A stretch of DNA of 52,746 nucleotides, filler included, from Catajapyx aquilonaris (lineage: Eukaryota), in assembly GCA_000934665.2 (NCBI GenBank). It is 2 parts of 2 records of this genome, joined end to end, with 100 filler letters (N's around TTAATTAATTAA, not from the genome) between each part and the next. Parts side by side here need not be neighbours in the genome. Positions count along the whole stretch, not along the records: positions 26,636 to 52,746 come from JYFJ02005256.1; 1 more part is not named here. One strand, given 5' to 3'. The translations under genes and the position numbers were made by a program. Positions 39,430 through 52,503 of the stretch are shown here, piece after piece. Below the pieces are notes generated by a model. It did no database searches. It saw only the letters and a list, made by a program, of their open reading frames with translations, and was not told the DNA's origin. Each line of letters starts with the position of its first letter. Position 1 is the stretch's first letter.

Positions 39430-40852
39430 GTTAAAATGTTAACAGCCATTTAATGTTGGTAGCAAGTAAGGCGTATGCATACTGTAATTAATTATAGTTG
39501 TACTGTCAAAATATCCCTTCTGACAATATTACAGTTACGGAAGTACATAATGTAGAGCTGAAGGTAAGTTGATAGCTAAATATATGCATTTAGGCTCACC
39601 ACGCCCGTTGTGTATTGCCTCGGGATAGGGTAGAGCTAGATTCAAGGTTTGCATCAGTTCATATTCTGCAATACCTATCTGGCTCTGTTTGGCTGTACCG
39701 CTTTTGAGAACAGTTTGGAAAGGAGCCTTCCAAATTGCATCATGTTTCAAAGGAATTTTAGCCATGACTTCTTTTTGAACGAAACCCAAACGTAGCGCTG
39801 TTTTATTGACAACGGTACGTCATGAGCGTTCGGACTTGGCTGTAAAACCGGTCAATAACCGGACCGGTTTGGATGGGAAGTAAGTGAGGGTGAGGGGGAT
39901 GAAGTCTACAAACTTATAAGGTCTGAATTCCATCCTGAGAATATAAAGCTTGAGCAATTGTCGTCGCTTGGCCGATTCCAGCCTGCCTTTGCACTAACTT
40001 AACGGCGCTATAAAACTGCACCCTCGCCGACGTGATGAGCTTTTCTAAGCGCCTAAACCGCTTTTCCCAGACTTACATAGGGAAAAACGCTAGGGAAAAG
40101 CGGGAAATACCGAAGCTAGCACCTTTTTCCCTTTTCCATTCTCTCTGCGTCTCCACTGCCGATTTCCACGCTACAAAACTGACGCCATCTTGTAAGCTAG
40201 TGTGCACGCCCAGAACACTAGACACTGATCACTCACACTACAATTTTGATCATTTTGAAATGTAACGGTACGAAATAGCTGGAATTCTTCACCTTTCACA
40301 AAATATATCCCCTACGGAAGCATAATCAGCATCTATGTATATGACTGGCAGATATAGTCCTAGGCTGTTCATCAACAGTGCAAAACTACCGGTATACCAT
40401 ACAGTTTTCAGTGCATTGCACCGAAGTGACTGATTTTTTTCGCTTCAAGTGCATCGTCCTCTGTGTGGAACTAAAAATAGAATTATTTTTGTAACTTTTG
40501 TATTCGAGCTATGCACTGTACAATGTAGTCGGCCACATGGAAGTTGTATATGTAGCCCGGCAGACTGTTCAGCGCGTAACTCGCTGAAAGTTGATCAGAA
40601 CCGCACTATATTCATCAGAGTGATGCTGCCAGAACATGCGTGTAACCTACGTCACATTCAAACTTTAAAACATGAACGAGGCCAACTGATATTATCGAGG
40701 CCGTCAACCATCACGCCACGAAACAAATTGAACTCTCCGTGTGCTTTTTCAGGTATGCGTGCATCGAAGCCGAATTAATGGTATTTCAATCCTTAATTAG
40801 TTCATTAGCGTTTTCTCCATGTGGACTTATTATGGGTCTTCTTCGGACTATA

Positions 40853-40862
40853 TATATATAAC

Positions 40863-40916
<54 letters not shown>

Positions 40917-41336
40917 TGGGGTAGTGCTTTCACCCCCAACTGGGGGTATATCACACGGACCTTTATTTTTATTATTATTTTTTTTATTGTACAGTAGCTG
41001 GTGCAGGGACAGGGTAGGGATAGGAGGGAGGGACACTGGTGCATGTGCAATGTCTCAAGTTGGGGGTCGTGTGCAGTCCCTCAGGGGGTCCGTTCGCCAT
41101 AGATGGCCCCCTAGATGCGGGTCAGAAACCCCCGACTGACCCGCATCTCCTCCAGGACAGGGAAAGGAGGGAAGCGGCTGTGGCCTATATTATGGTACGA
41201 TCCCGGAAATTATTCCTGGAGAGGCCTTGAAAAACCACAGAAAACCAAGGTCAGGATCGCCGGCCTCCGGGGTTCGAACCCAGGACCTCCCGATTAGCAG
41301 TCGGATACCAGATCCCCTCCGCTACCACTGCTTCGG
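40853..41336 (-). mobile_element. SINE family D, copy 2 (longer, two-tailed)
   Basis: B box GGTTCGAACCC, core shared with 7560-7710, (ATT)n tail at about 40866-40913, 14-bp TSD TTCTTCGGACTATA (40839-40852, 41337-41350). Confidence 0.88.
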
Positions 41337-42986
41337 TTCTTCGGACTATACATGGTATTGTTAAATTACATTATTATATTATACTTAATTAGTTTATTGT
41401 GTTAAACCAGTATAGGCCCTGTAGACCTCTTTATTATTTCATTTTAAAATTCGGGAAACTGCACAAATTCAATAATGCTTCTTGACGTCAGCAAGGTGCA
41501 GCACTGTGCAGTCCATAACAATTATTTAAAGTGTGTAAATGTGCTTAAACAATGAACGTCATTGTAATCATGTTGAAGGTGGCAACAACAATATTAAGCA
41601 TTTTTCCATAAACCAAGCTAGTATCGATACAAGTAGAGAAATAAAGTGTAGTAATTTCAATAGTTCAATTTTACCAACATCATAAGCGTCTTCTAAGTGT
41701 GCGTATGGTAATTCTGAATGGAAGACCGCAAGAGTGAATTAACAAAACAACAGGGCAAGTAGAAGCAAATAACGTTCTTGTTATCATGAACCTTTAACCA
41801 ATCATCAACCATTAAGAATAAAAACATAAAAAATGCTATAGCAGTCGTGGTCGTCATGATGACTCTACATTAATATAAAGGTCGGAAGATCAAACCCACG
41901 ACCTACTTCCACGTCATAGCCACGAATAAAGTCTAATTAGTATCTAACTCTTGGGATCGTCATTCGTGAATAACTTTCCTAGATTTCGCTATGGAGATGA
42001 ATGAGTCTCCTGTCCGTTGCCATGGCACTGATTTGCCGGCGAAAACCATTTTGCTGATTTACATTGTCTAAGGTGGACCTGATTTTTCTCCTTTGAACAG
42101 GTCGTTATCAACTTGGACCTCGCGATAGTTATGATATTTGTCTTTTGTGGGTGTATCCTCTTAATGTGTGAAACATTTTCTGAAGCCATGCATGAGATCT
42201 GGAAAAAGTTATTGCGCCAATGAGCAAAATGAGGCCCATATTCAACGGATGCATACATACAATACTACATCATGTGACCCTCCAGCAGAGCCCATCTCAA
42301 CGGTAGCCCTATTTTTGTCACGTACAACATAATTATTAAGCATGCTCATGTTCATTTCATGCATGGAAACATTTTCCACCTAGACTTATCCTGCAAAAAG
42401 TAAGCGTCTTGTGGGGCGTCTGATTTAGCTCCTAAGCATAGATTATAACCCGAAGCCACACTCTGCATCGCTTTACCTGACGACATTGAGTTACTCTGAT
42501 GGAAGCGAGGCTTGTCGGACCGATCTCATTAGCAAACCTTAATTAAAACCGAGTTGGAAAGGAGTTTGGGGTCGGGAAGCTGCCAATCTGTAGATGAATC
42601 CCGTCTTACTGACCGAGATCAAGTGTCTGACAAATTCTGCGACCGTTAGGCAACCAGATTATTGGTTCCTTGCATGTCGGTATCATGTTTCATGATGTTT
42701 ACATATAACTTACGATTAGTAGGCTTAAAGCCTGAGAGAATGCATCTTATTCAGGTAGTTTTCATTACGTATACATAACTTCTCGTTAAGAACAGAAGAT
42801 GTAATAATAATATTCTTTTAATACCGGAAATATTGAGCACAAAGAGTTTAAGACCATTCAATTAATGCTAACGTAATAAATGAGGAAATTAAGTCAGAGC
42901 AGTCACTCGCAAGCCAATACATGCAATCGACTCTTCTCAAATAAAGAGTATAATACGGTAATAATATTATCCGGAGATAAGGAGTA

Positions 42987-43837
42987 TTTATTTATGTATT
43001 TTATTTTACTACCCTGTGCTCACCCCTTTGATACATTTTACAACTAAATATGGACTTGTTGAGTGGTTGACATGGAAACTAAAGAAAAAAGAAAAAAGAA
43101 ACGCTCTCGGTGCCTTATCAACTTTCCAAGGAAAAGCATAGGAAGAAAAAGAAAAAGAACGAAAAGTAAAGATGTGACATAAACGACTCTCGCCTTTACA
43201 TATCGAATCGCATTACATAATCTTAGTAGTCACAAAACTGTACAATTTTTGCCACACTCATAAAAAATAATATTATGTGAATGCATCCTCTTTCTGCGTG
43301 TTAACGAACAATTTCAAAATTTGGTCAGGCGGGAACCGTGGTATATTACAAAGAAATTTCAGCCTGGGAATCGTGAAAAGGTGGCATTCATAAATTATGT
43401 GGAAGATTGATCTACTCGTTCGCCAGTTGCACCAATCGCAATATTCTCGTCAGGGTTCGACTTAACCATTAATAATTGATTATTTAGTTTTAAGGTCCAT
43501 GAGCTGTTTCTTAAGTTTATTATTCTAATATGTGATAGTGGTAAGTCCATGTTGAAATAACTTTCCATCTGAAAAGTGTCTTTTACTTCCTTATAAAGTA
43601 AATATCGTTTGGTCTCCTGGAGCCGCCTAAGTATCCCTTGTTTAAACCACACTCCACTGCGGCCATAACTGTTGGTAGATCTTCAATTTCGCTTGTCCAA
43701 TTTGCAACATATGGTTGGAAAATTTTACCACAGTTAGATGCCCAGTTGAGTGCTTTATTCAGCGTCCCTCCTTCATTCCGGTAGGTATACTCGAACGCTA
43801 ATTTCAACAGTTCGTTACTAGAATGCCTTCTTGTTTT
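42987..43837 (-). mobile_element. 5'-truncated LINE (ORF2 C-terminus plus 3' UTR)
   Basis: 14-bp TSD GGAGATAAGGAGTA (42973-42986, 43838-43851); (TAAA)n-like tail at 42987-43007; frameshifted ORF2 remnants (YKEVKDTFQMESYF...LR) and a zinc knuckle CDWC-NWRTSRSIF-H-IIYE-C at 43440-43384. Confidence 0.88.
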
Positions 43838-45640
43838 GGAGATAAGGAGTAATAAGTAAGGTAAGTTTCTCTGTAGATATCTAGAAAGTTGAGGACAGCG
43901 ATCCTGCAGCTGGAGCGGCGGATGTAACAGATAAGACGAATATCGCCATCTATGTCGCAGTAGAATTAAAAACAAGTATAGCTTGGATCACGACACGTCC
44001 AATTGATATGTCGCAATAATTACGTGACAATCTAATCATGTAACTCGATCGCTCTCACGAAAGATTGTTTTAAATTATCGGTGTTCCTTGATATCCAATC
44101 CATGAGGCAAGATTTACAACTTTTCTCTCTTTGGATATTGATAACTACTTACTGTCATTACTGCCTAGGACCCCAAGTAAAAATACATTCCTTTTCTAAA
44201 CCCTACAAGCCAGTATTTAGAAATTAGGTAAATGTCGTGATTTGTAGGCTCATAATATATTACATTTTCTTGTCCTATTGTACGTACAAATCTTTTGTTT
44301 ATCTATGATTTTTCGTATATATTTGCTGCTCAGGAACATTTTGTACTTTCTGTTGTTGTTGGTGTTGTTGTTGTTGTTACCGGTATTGTTGTTGTTGTTA
44401 TTATTAGATGCGCTATTTCCCTTAGTTTTATTTTTTGCTTTACCGTAATGAATCCGATTACGCCTATACAGTATAGGGGATCGGAAGTAGCTCTTAAAAC
44501 CTGCACGTTTGCTTAATCCGATTTCGCTATACATTAATTACACCGCAAGGACTCCTAAGAGAGGAGCATCCATAATGGCGGGGGTTTCTGCCAATGGAGT
44601 CACAAGTCTCATTTGCACTGGCAAAATAAAACTACGGAGGTCGGTATGGCTCGAAATTTGAGAAGCTTGGCGGTCCGACTAAGCTTTGGCGTGCTGGAGA
44701 AAATAAATGGAAAGAGGATTTGCGGTTAAGTCGCTTTGAACTGCAATTCATTTCGGGTGTTTTGTTTTTCGAGAAGTCAAGAGACGAGGGAAGGGAGTGA
44801 CTCCATGACAATTATTCATGCAATCAAATGTACCATCTATATACCATTTCAGAATTATATGTATAAAATGGACATTGACCTGTAAGTCATAATTATCTTT
44901 GCCGCTTTTGAAGGTCCAAAAATCAAGACTCCAATAGCCTACTAATCACGGATTTGGTAAAGCCTTATATCACACTCTCCAGCAATGGAGTGGGGTAAAG
45001 CGTGATGGATGACACGCTCCAGAGGCTGGATAAACTAACGTGTGCAAATAAGATGCGCCCGTCAGAGGCGCGATTGTAATTGATTGTTGTTGCTACCGTT
45101 GCTAGTAATAACTTGCACGGCGAATTTGATTTGAAATTCCTTATAACTTATCTAGAATTTGTTGTCCATACAAACTGTCACTGATAGATCATCTATGTGA
45201 AATAATTGGGAGTTGCATGCGCATGCACGAGTAGACATTTTACCCTGAACCATTGCTGGAGGTGGCAATTTAGGCATCGTGCCATGTTGTATTCTTAACC
45301 CCAATACAAATGAAGGCCTGATATTTTGAGATACGATATATTGAAGAGTCTTTAATATTATTGTTTTAGCTCATACAGGATGGACATTTTAAAATGTTAT
45401 CCATGGGGCTGTAATTTATCTACCACCACAAATTATTTTCTAGATTTACATTAAGCGATGCCTAGCTCCATTTCTTCATAAGTGTGACTCTGATTATTCT
45501 GAACGTCAGGTCTTCAGGTAACCACTCCACAATAATTATTACAAGGTTCATTCAGACGAAAGTGAGCCAATCAACCCTATACGCGAGCATGTCCACGGAT
45601 AAATTATTAAGGAACAACATACTGTACTATGCTGCAAAGC

Positions 45641-45898
45641 AGTGGCCGAGTGGCTAGCGCCACAGCCTTCCACCTCTAAGGTCCCGAGTTCGATCCCCGG
45701 GTCGGACGGAGGAAACTTATGTGGATAGAGTTTCGATGGGTTCTCTCCGTGTTCGCGTGGGTTTTCTCGGGGTTCTCCCGTTTCCTGCCACTATCAAAAT
45801 CCATCACATTACAGCCAAATAATTAAAGTCGGTTATTCAAAAGAGGATCCCCTAAGAGGCCAAGGGGCCTATCACGGGGTATCCATTATTATTATTAC
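45641..45898 (+). mobile_element. SINE family A, near full-length copy
   Basis: A box TGGCCGAGTGG, B box GTTCGATCCC, central GTGGGTTTTCTCGGGGTTCTCCCGTTTCCT, (ATT)n tail, 15-bp TSD ACTATGCTGCAAAGC (45626-45640, 45899-45913). Confidence 0.93.
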
Positions 45899-47769
45899 AC
45901 TATGCTGCAAAGCCTGTAAAGTGTCATCTACCATTTATCAAATGGTGGCAAGAGAGCCGGAATATATTTCGAAAGGAAAGCCGGTGCTATATACCACACA
46001 GTCATAAAGGTACAACCGCCATAAAGGCGGACGACTATACTGTAGCCTATACACAAAGGAATGTCTGGTGTAAACTATTAAAATTGAATATTTCTTAACC
46101 ATATTTGTTACTAATAATATTAAAGGCTCAATATTGTCAAAAATATATAAAATATATAAATATAGAGACGGCAACAAAAAAATTGGGGACAACAATGCCT
46201 TGGAGTGAATGGTTTGTTCATGTGTAGTAGGCCTACCCGCAATGAGATACCGCTCCAACTGCTTGACCAAACGTCCAATACACCTGCTTTAAAATTGTCA
46301 CAGTAACCGACAGTGCAAGAATTCTTCTGACAGCACTGTCAGAAACAGGTGAATCGGTAGTTGGTGTAGCAGTGAGCAATGTTCTCTGGAGAGTACAATG
46401 GAATAATCCATATATTTTTTCTTGGGTCCTTCTACCCGCTTCTACCCTTATGTGTCACCCGGCCTTTTGACTGTTGGGTCCCCTCGGATGTCAGACTATT
46501 CAGTCCGATCATTATTGGTAAGATGGTAACATTGCTCAGAGCCCAAATTCACCGTTTTAATAGGAATATGTCTTTGTTAGTAGTTACGGTATTAACTGAT
46601 CAGACCTATTGATCAGGTGTGCAAGTGACACTCCCTCCATCACGTTTGGGTGTGGGTGCCGTGCTGACATCCAATATATATTTTTGGCGCCTGATGTGGA
46701 ATTTAATAGAGTCAAGTCTAAAAGTCCCGAAATTGGCACTTAACAGCCTGATTTTGAGGAGCTGGAAAACTTTTTTTATATATTTGACGGGGGAAGCGGT
46801 GGGGAAAATGACACGCGCCCCGTTTATGAAAAGTTACATAATGAACACCATTCAATTATGCAATTAGGCCCGTAAAATTTTTAATTACAAGGAGGCCCTG
46901 ATTACAAAGCCTAGGCGCAGACAACATCCCTTTATCGAATTTCGTGCTTGCACGATAACCTTGAGAAAAATATAAAGGCGAGATGAAGGAGGAGCTAAGG
47001 AAAAAAAAGAATCGAGAGTGCAAGGGGGGAAAGACGAAATGAGACATTAGCATGATTAATGAAAATGACGGGCCTCGCTTTAATTACGGCTTTGTTGAGA
47101 GGAACTTTGTGACATGCGTTTGGCATTTTTGGGTAGCGAGTTATTGCCGGCCTGGAAATGAGTTCAGCTTATTAAAGTCATTACTTTGTGCACCATAAAA
47201 TAATTCAACACAATTCTGGCACAGCAGATAACATAAGCATTGATTAATGTGCATTCCAATGGGCCAATTTTTTGCTTCTTGTAATGACATTATAAACTAC
47301 AGGTTGGTCTGGAAGTAACTATCGTGTGTTGAATTGTTTCTAAGCTCTCGATATAAAATACTGCACAGATTGAACAAATTTGGAGGCCCAACACGTATAC
47401 AGTAATGAGTCATGTTAGCACCTTTGTCATTAAAAGTTGTTGGCTGAAACTCAGTTAATGTAAGATGTGAATTATTCTTGTAACATCCTCTGCAAAATCA
47501 TGAGTGAAAATGGAATGTCATATTCCCGTGAGACGCAGTAATTATTTTGAAGCACGAACGCCCCACTTCATTGTTGATTGTGCCCTTTGATATCGCAACA
47601 TCTTCTGGATTGGTTGTTTCAACTGAATTGGTTGTTTATCTTGTGGATAGTATTGTATAAGATGTAAATTATACAGGGTGTTTCTCTGCCAAGCTGACGA
47701 TCCCAGCAGCGGTAACGAGAGAAAGTTCCTGGATTAATCATCATTAGACTGTAAAGAAAATAACATATA

Positions 47770-49287
47770 CAGGGTTCGGAAATTTACTCTACCGTATCTG
47801 TGGGAAATGATAGAGGGGTTCTAGGCGATCACTTGGAGTATAATTATGCAACATGGGTCTCCGACAAATAGTTACCAAGATAATTAGCATTAAATAAAAA
47901 GTGCATTATCCCAGCTTATAGATTTCAGATACTGATTACGACACTTCCATGGCCTAGGAAATTCTCTGCTACACCTAACAGGATCGTAAATTAATATTAA
48001 CTTACATGGTACCATAAATTTAAATAAAAAAGTAAGGTCGCGTGGAGGGACGCATACGTGCCAGGATATTTTATACCTTGTGTTTCAAGGACATTATCTC
48101 GGTAACTGTGCGTCAGAGACCCATGTTGCATATACTGTACTTAAAGTGATCGCCTGGAACCCATATAGCATTTCCCAAAGCGACGCACAGTGGGGTATTT
48201 GGGTCGAAATGTTGGCCAAAATTATTCCTGTGGGTTTTTGCTTCTAAAATGCTCTGATTCATTAATTTGTGAAGTAATAGGGGAAGTAAAGTAGATTTTG
48301 CTGACAAAAAGGCAGGCAGTATAAGCGGACCTTTACAAGTACAAGCCATATGTACGAATTACTCCATTTTGTGAGAAACTATTGCGGATTTCTCAGTAAT
48401 CGTAGCCAATTTTGGGTTTTCATTGTCATAGTCGTGATCAGCACATTGAAATCTTGATTAAATGTCTGCTTTCATCTTAGAAGTTTGACTTTTGTCAAAA
48501 TTTGCTGTCCTGTGATTATAGCAATCGTTTTCTAGATATTCAAGCTTTTTGTTGACATCTAGGCCTTGTTACTGTTGTATCAAGTCATATCATTGTCTCC
48601 ATACCATGACTTTGACTCATGATGACCCTATATAGTTGAAAGAGGAAAAAAAATAGTCGGAAAAAAGAGACGGTGCAAAAATTTACGTTTACAGCACAGG
48701 AGAAAAATGGGGGGGGGGGCGGGGGGGGGAAATGGCGGGAAAAGGCGCGCCAGATTCTTTTATAGCTATGAAATAGAAGGCTGACTCTGCAAAATGTCAT
48801 AAATAAAACAGCTGGATAGGCTTGGGAAGTATAACTTAATCATGTTTGAATATTTCGCATTTGGAGAAAAAAAGTAGGCAAATTATTGCATAATTTCGAG
48901 GACTAATAACTACTTATAGACTAGTCAGATTATTGTAAGAAATTCTTTACAATGAAGTATACATACCTTCTTCTGAAGCTTCCATATTGGAACAGTTCAC
49001 AAATAATTTGCATAACTGAAAACAACACTAATGAATGTGTCGCGCCGTAAATTGCGCTTAAAATTAGCTAAATATTACGCGAACTGTCATCAACTTTCAA
49101 CTGCTGGTACGGACGAAGGGTTACACCTATGAGAAGTACAACTGCATGTCATAATAGCCTCTTCATTCATCTGTTCCAGGAAACTAATTTTTTTGGAATC
49201 AGTCACATTTGTTAAAAAACACATTTTGGCCAGCTTTTGAGGCCAAATACTACACTGTGCGACGGTAGGTTAAATTTCCGAACCCTG
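47770..49287. mobile_element. Tc1/mariner MITE with long TIRs, right TIR split by a Transib insertion
   Basis: Left arm CAGGGTTCGGAAATTT...GGCGATCACTT...TGCAACATGGGTCTC pairs with 48093-48185 plus 49265-49287. Confidence 0.82.
48186..49259. mobile_element. Non-autonomous Transib-type DNA transposon
   Basis: Both ends begin CACAGTG; about 37-bp imperfect TIRs (CACAGTG..GTATTTGG...TGGCCAAAAT); perfect GC-rich 5-bp TSD CGACG (48181-48185, 49260-49264); no transposase ORF inside. Confidence 0.88.
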
Positions 49288-50958
49288 CATAGGCCTACTG
49301 GAATAAGACAGTAAAGGAAGCCCTAAATTTTGTTCAGAGTAGAGATTGGAATTGGAGACTTTCTCCGTGCCCCCTGCCAATCAGAAAGCCAGCATGATTA
49401 AGGCCGGATTGCACCCCGGAGTTACCGTTGTTATTAATTGTTTCCCAGCAGTTAATAACAATGGTAACCCCGGGCTTTCGAGAGAAACACGCAATGGTGT
49501 AACTCGGCCTAAGGCGCTTATGCGAGATTTTAATCGATGAGCGTGAGAGTTAATTTTGTTCCACTTCCGGTAACGAAGTACAGGGTGATGCAAAAGGGGG
49601 AACTAACATCATCATAACTAGTGAATGCGCCTTCCAAATGGCTGCTTTTTTCAACTATATTTCTCCACAACTTCTTCTCCTCCCCCTCTTGAACTAGGAA
49701 CTTTGACAGTGCACCACCCAGGCACCACCCTGCACAATTTTCCATTTTTATTCCATGATAACGGTCACACGCGTAACATCCATTAAGAGTCCTAGAACTA
49801 ATAGGTATAGTAACCTTGTGTACCGCAGTGTGCATACAGTCCCGAACTGGTATAATAATTTTTGGGTTCATAAGCGGAATGTTTTTGATATCGATTGAGT
49901 ACCTGAAACGTGCAATGCAGTAAACCAATGTCTCCGTTCGCCGTCAAGGAAGAAATTAAGTGAATATTTGTTGACTGCTTCTCATTAATTAAAATATGCC
50001 ACTGATTAATGCTCCACTCTCCTAGTGAGAAATTGCCAGCGGACATGAGTATCGGTTTAGTACGCTTACACTCCCCCAGCTACAAAGCAGCATGCATATC
50101 CTAATGAACATCAGCTTTGTAAGCTATTTGTGGATATCTCTGGCACGTAACTCGCGGGCCTGTGTCTTAGCCACTTTTAATCTTTATGAGGGTAAGCAGC
50201 TGACACACCATAGCTTATGAACCATGTTACAGTTGTTTAGCGTTGGCAATTATATGAGCATGGTTATCAATTATTCTCTAAGTGAAAAATCATTTATCGC
50301 ATTTGAATCATGAGGGCTATCAGCACTAAATGTGAATGTGATAGTTTTGCATTTCATGTTAGTTTTCTTTAACATTAGATTTCCATTTTTCCTATCCAAT
50401 TTTTAAAAAGCGGAAACATCAGGCATCGTAAAGGTATAGGCCGATTATATATTATCCGGCCATCCACGGGATACGCTACGTACACCTATTTACAGAGTTT
50501 TGATTGGACGCATGAGGCATGATGCGTATTTAACATGTCACTTCCAGAGGTCCTTTGTCTGTCGGTGAGTCACACTGGCAGGCACTGGTGTGGACCTGAT
50601 TATAAATTTACACTGCACTTATTCCATTGCCTCTAACATGTGATTCCCCGCCCCCCCCCCCCTTCCGGCTTGGATATTTCCCTAACTTTCTACTGGACGT
50701 CAGACACCCCACCAGCCCTTTTAGTGTGAATAATAATAATAATTGCATTGACACTATACTGGAAGACAGTGCGACAACATTTAAACACATCAGCTGGTAA
50801 TGATCCTCTCACCTTCGTTGAAGCAATGCCATTGTTTCTGCCTCTGACCACAGTGATTTTGATGTCGAAGTAAGCTGTTATAAGATGGTTGGAGCATAAG
50901 TAATGGGTCAAATAATATTACTACATGCGCACACCTGAGCCTTTATACAAGTACTGTA

Positions 50959-51112
50959 CTATCGGGTTCAAATACTTTTGGACACTTTATCCTGGTCTTG
51001 AAGCAACCCTTCACAGACACACACACATCCACACCCATCCTTAACGTGGGGTCTGTGCGAAGGGTTGCTTCAAGACCAGGATAAAGTGGCCAAAAATATT
51101 TGAACCCGATAG
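50959..51112. mobile_element. Small palindromic TA-flanked MITE
   Basis: About 55-bp inverted arms CTATCGGGTTCAAATA..TTTGG.CACTTTATCCTGGTCTTGAAGCAACCCTTC; TA TSD. Confidence 0.88.
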
Positions 51113-51289
51113 TACATCGTAATACTATCGTGAAGCTCTGTTAACTTAGCAAATAATATATCTGGAAACCTCCCCAATCACCACACTTCCACCATCGCCC
51201 TAAGCAATGTGAATCCAGAGGCCACCTAACAAAAATGTTTGATCTTTGCTCATTAGAGGCGGTCACTATACGGTTGCGCACGACCTCTC

Positions 51290-51472
51290 TCAAATATGCT
51301 GGGTAAACAGTAGGATGCCATTAGCCTTGTAAAGATGGTAGTTAATATCAGATTCGGGTTGCCGTTCAGATTTGTTTGTGCAGCTTTTTACACGCATTGG
51401 TTCTTTCATTTTTTTGCGGAAGAGGTCAAAATCACAAAGGCTGATGTCAGAAGAATACGATGAGTGATCCAA
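51290..51472 (-). mobile_element. mariner transposase remnant
   Basis: DHSSYSSDISLCDFDLFRKKMKEPMR is a degenerate HPPYSPDLSPCDFDLFPKLKEPMRG motif. Confidence 0.75.
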
Positions 51473-51879
51473 TACCTCTAATGGGACACTTTGTTATCGG
51501 TACTGTCGTGTTTCACATTGTTTATGGTAGTTTCTGTGGTCTGTGGAGCAGTGTCAGTCCTCTTTTGTTCCCCAACATCTTTTGATACGTTTGCGTTATT
51601 ATTTGATAGTCATATGGCACACTACTAGGCCAGGGCGAAGAAGTCCCCCTTGCTGTTGCGACTGCCATAAACGTACGAAAATGTCAGAAAAAAATGAAGA
51701 CGTAATCTCAAATCTTGGTATGCAATTGGAGCACACTTAATCAAATAAAGCAAAATAAATAAATAAATGAAATAATGTGACACTTAATACGTGATATCAT
51801 GCATTTAAATGTATTGGTGTATTTAAATGTATTGGTGAGCGTAATGGCTGTTTGGTGTATTACTAAAAGTGTGTAACTA

Positions 51880-52407
51880 CAGTAAAACTTCTATATAAGT
51901 CGAATCTCCATGGGACCGGGAAAAAACTTCGAGTTATAGAAGATTCGAGTTAGAGAAGTTTGGCTTTTTCAAAGCACATAACTCTATAAGGAAGCCTATA
52001 CCTTTATATCCAGCAACGAAAGGTGTTCAAAACTATTAAAAATGACAATGAGGAACATTGTAGTGTGGTAGTCACAGTTTTGTTGTAAAAAAAAACTCCG
52101 TTATGGACATTTGTCTACTCTTAGATCAGCTCTCACTCTTAATAAAGGATTCAATTGTCACAATCGAGCCAAACATTCTTCCGGTACGTCTGGTAGACGG
52201 AGATCAGGAAACTGAGCCTTTCTGTGCATGTGGCATACTCTCGACACTTCGGCTGGGAAATGAAACAATTTTCCGTAGTCGCCAACATGAACTTGGACTT
52301 AGGGAGACTGAAAATGCATTGATATCCCATGCATCCCATCGTAAGGCCCTACCAACACTTCGAGTTATGGAGAACTTCGAGTTATAGAAATTCGAGTTGG
52401 GGAAGTT

Positions 52408-52408
<1 letters not shown>
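51880..52408. mobile_element. pogo/Tigger-like MITE, second copy of 6675-7240 without its right end
   Basis: Colinear with 6675-7141; similarity stops at the (AAT)n tract. Confidence 0.88.

Positions 52409-52503
<95 letters not shown>
52409..52503. repeat. (AAT)n microsatellite
   Basis: About 31 tandem units. Confidence 0.95.

Noticed and set aside
45641..45715. tRNA gene candidates (also near 4995, 15710-15770, 18455, 21905)
   Set aside because: A/B boxes are SINE heads attached to repeated bodies, tails and TSDs; no proper cloverleaf.
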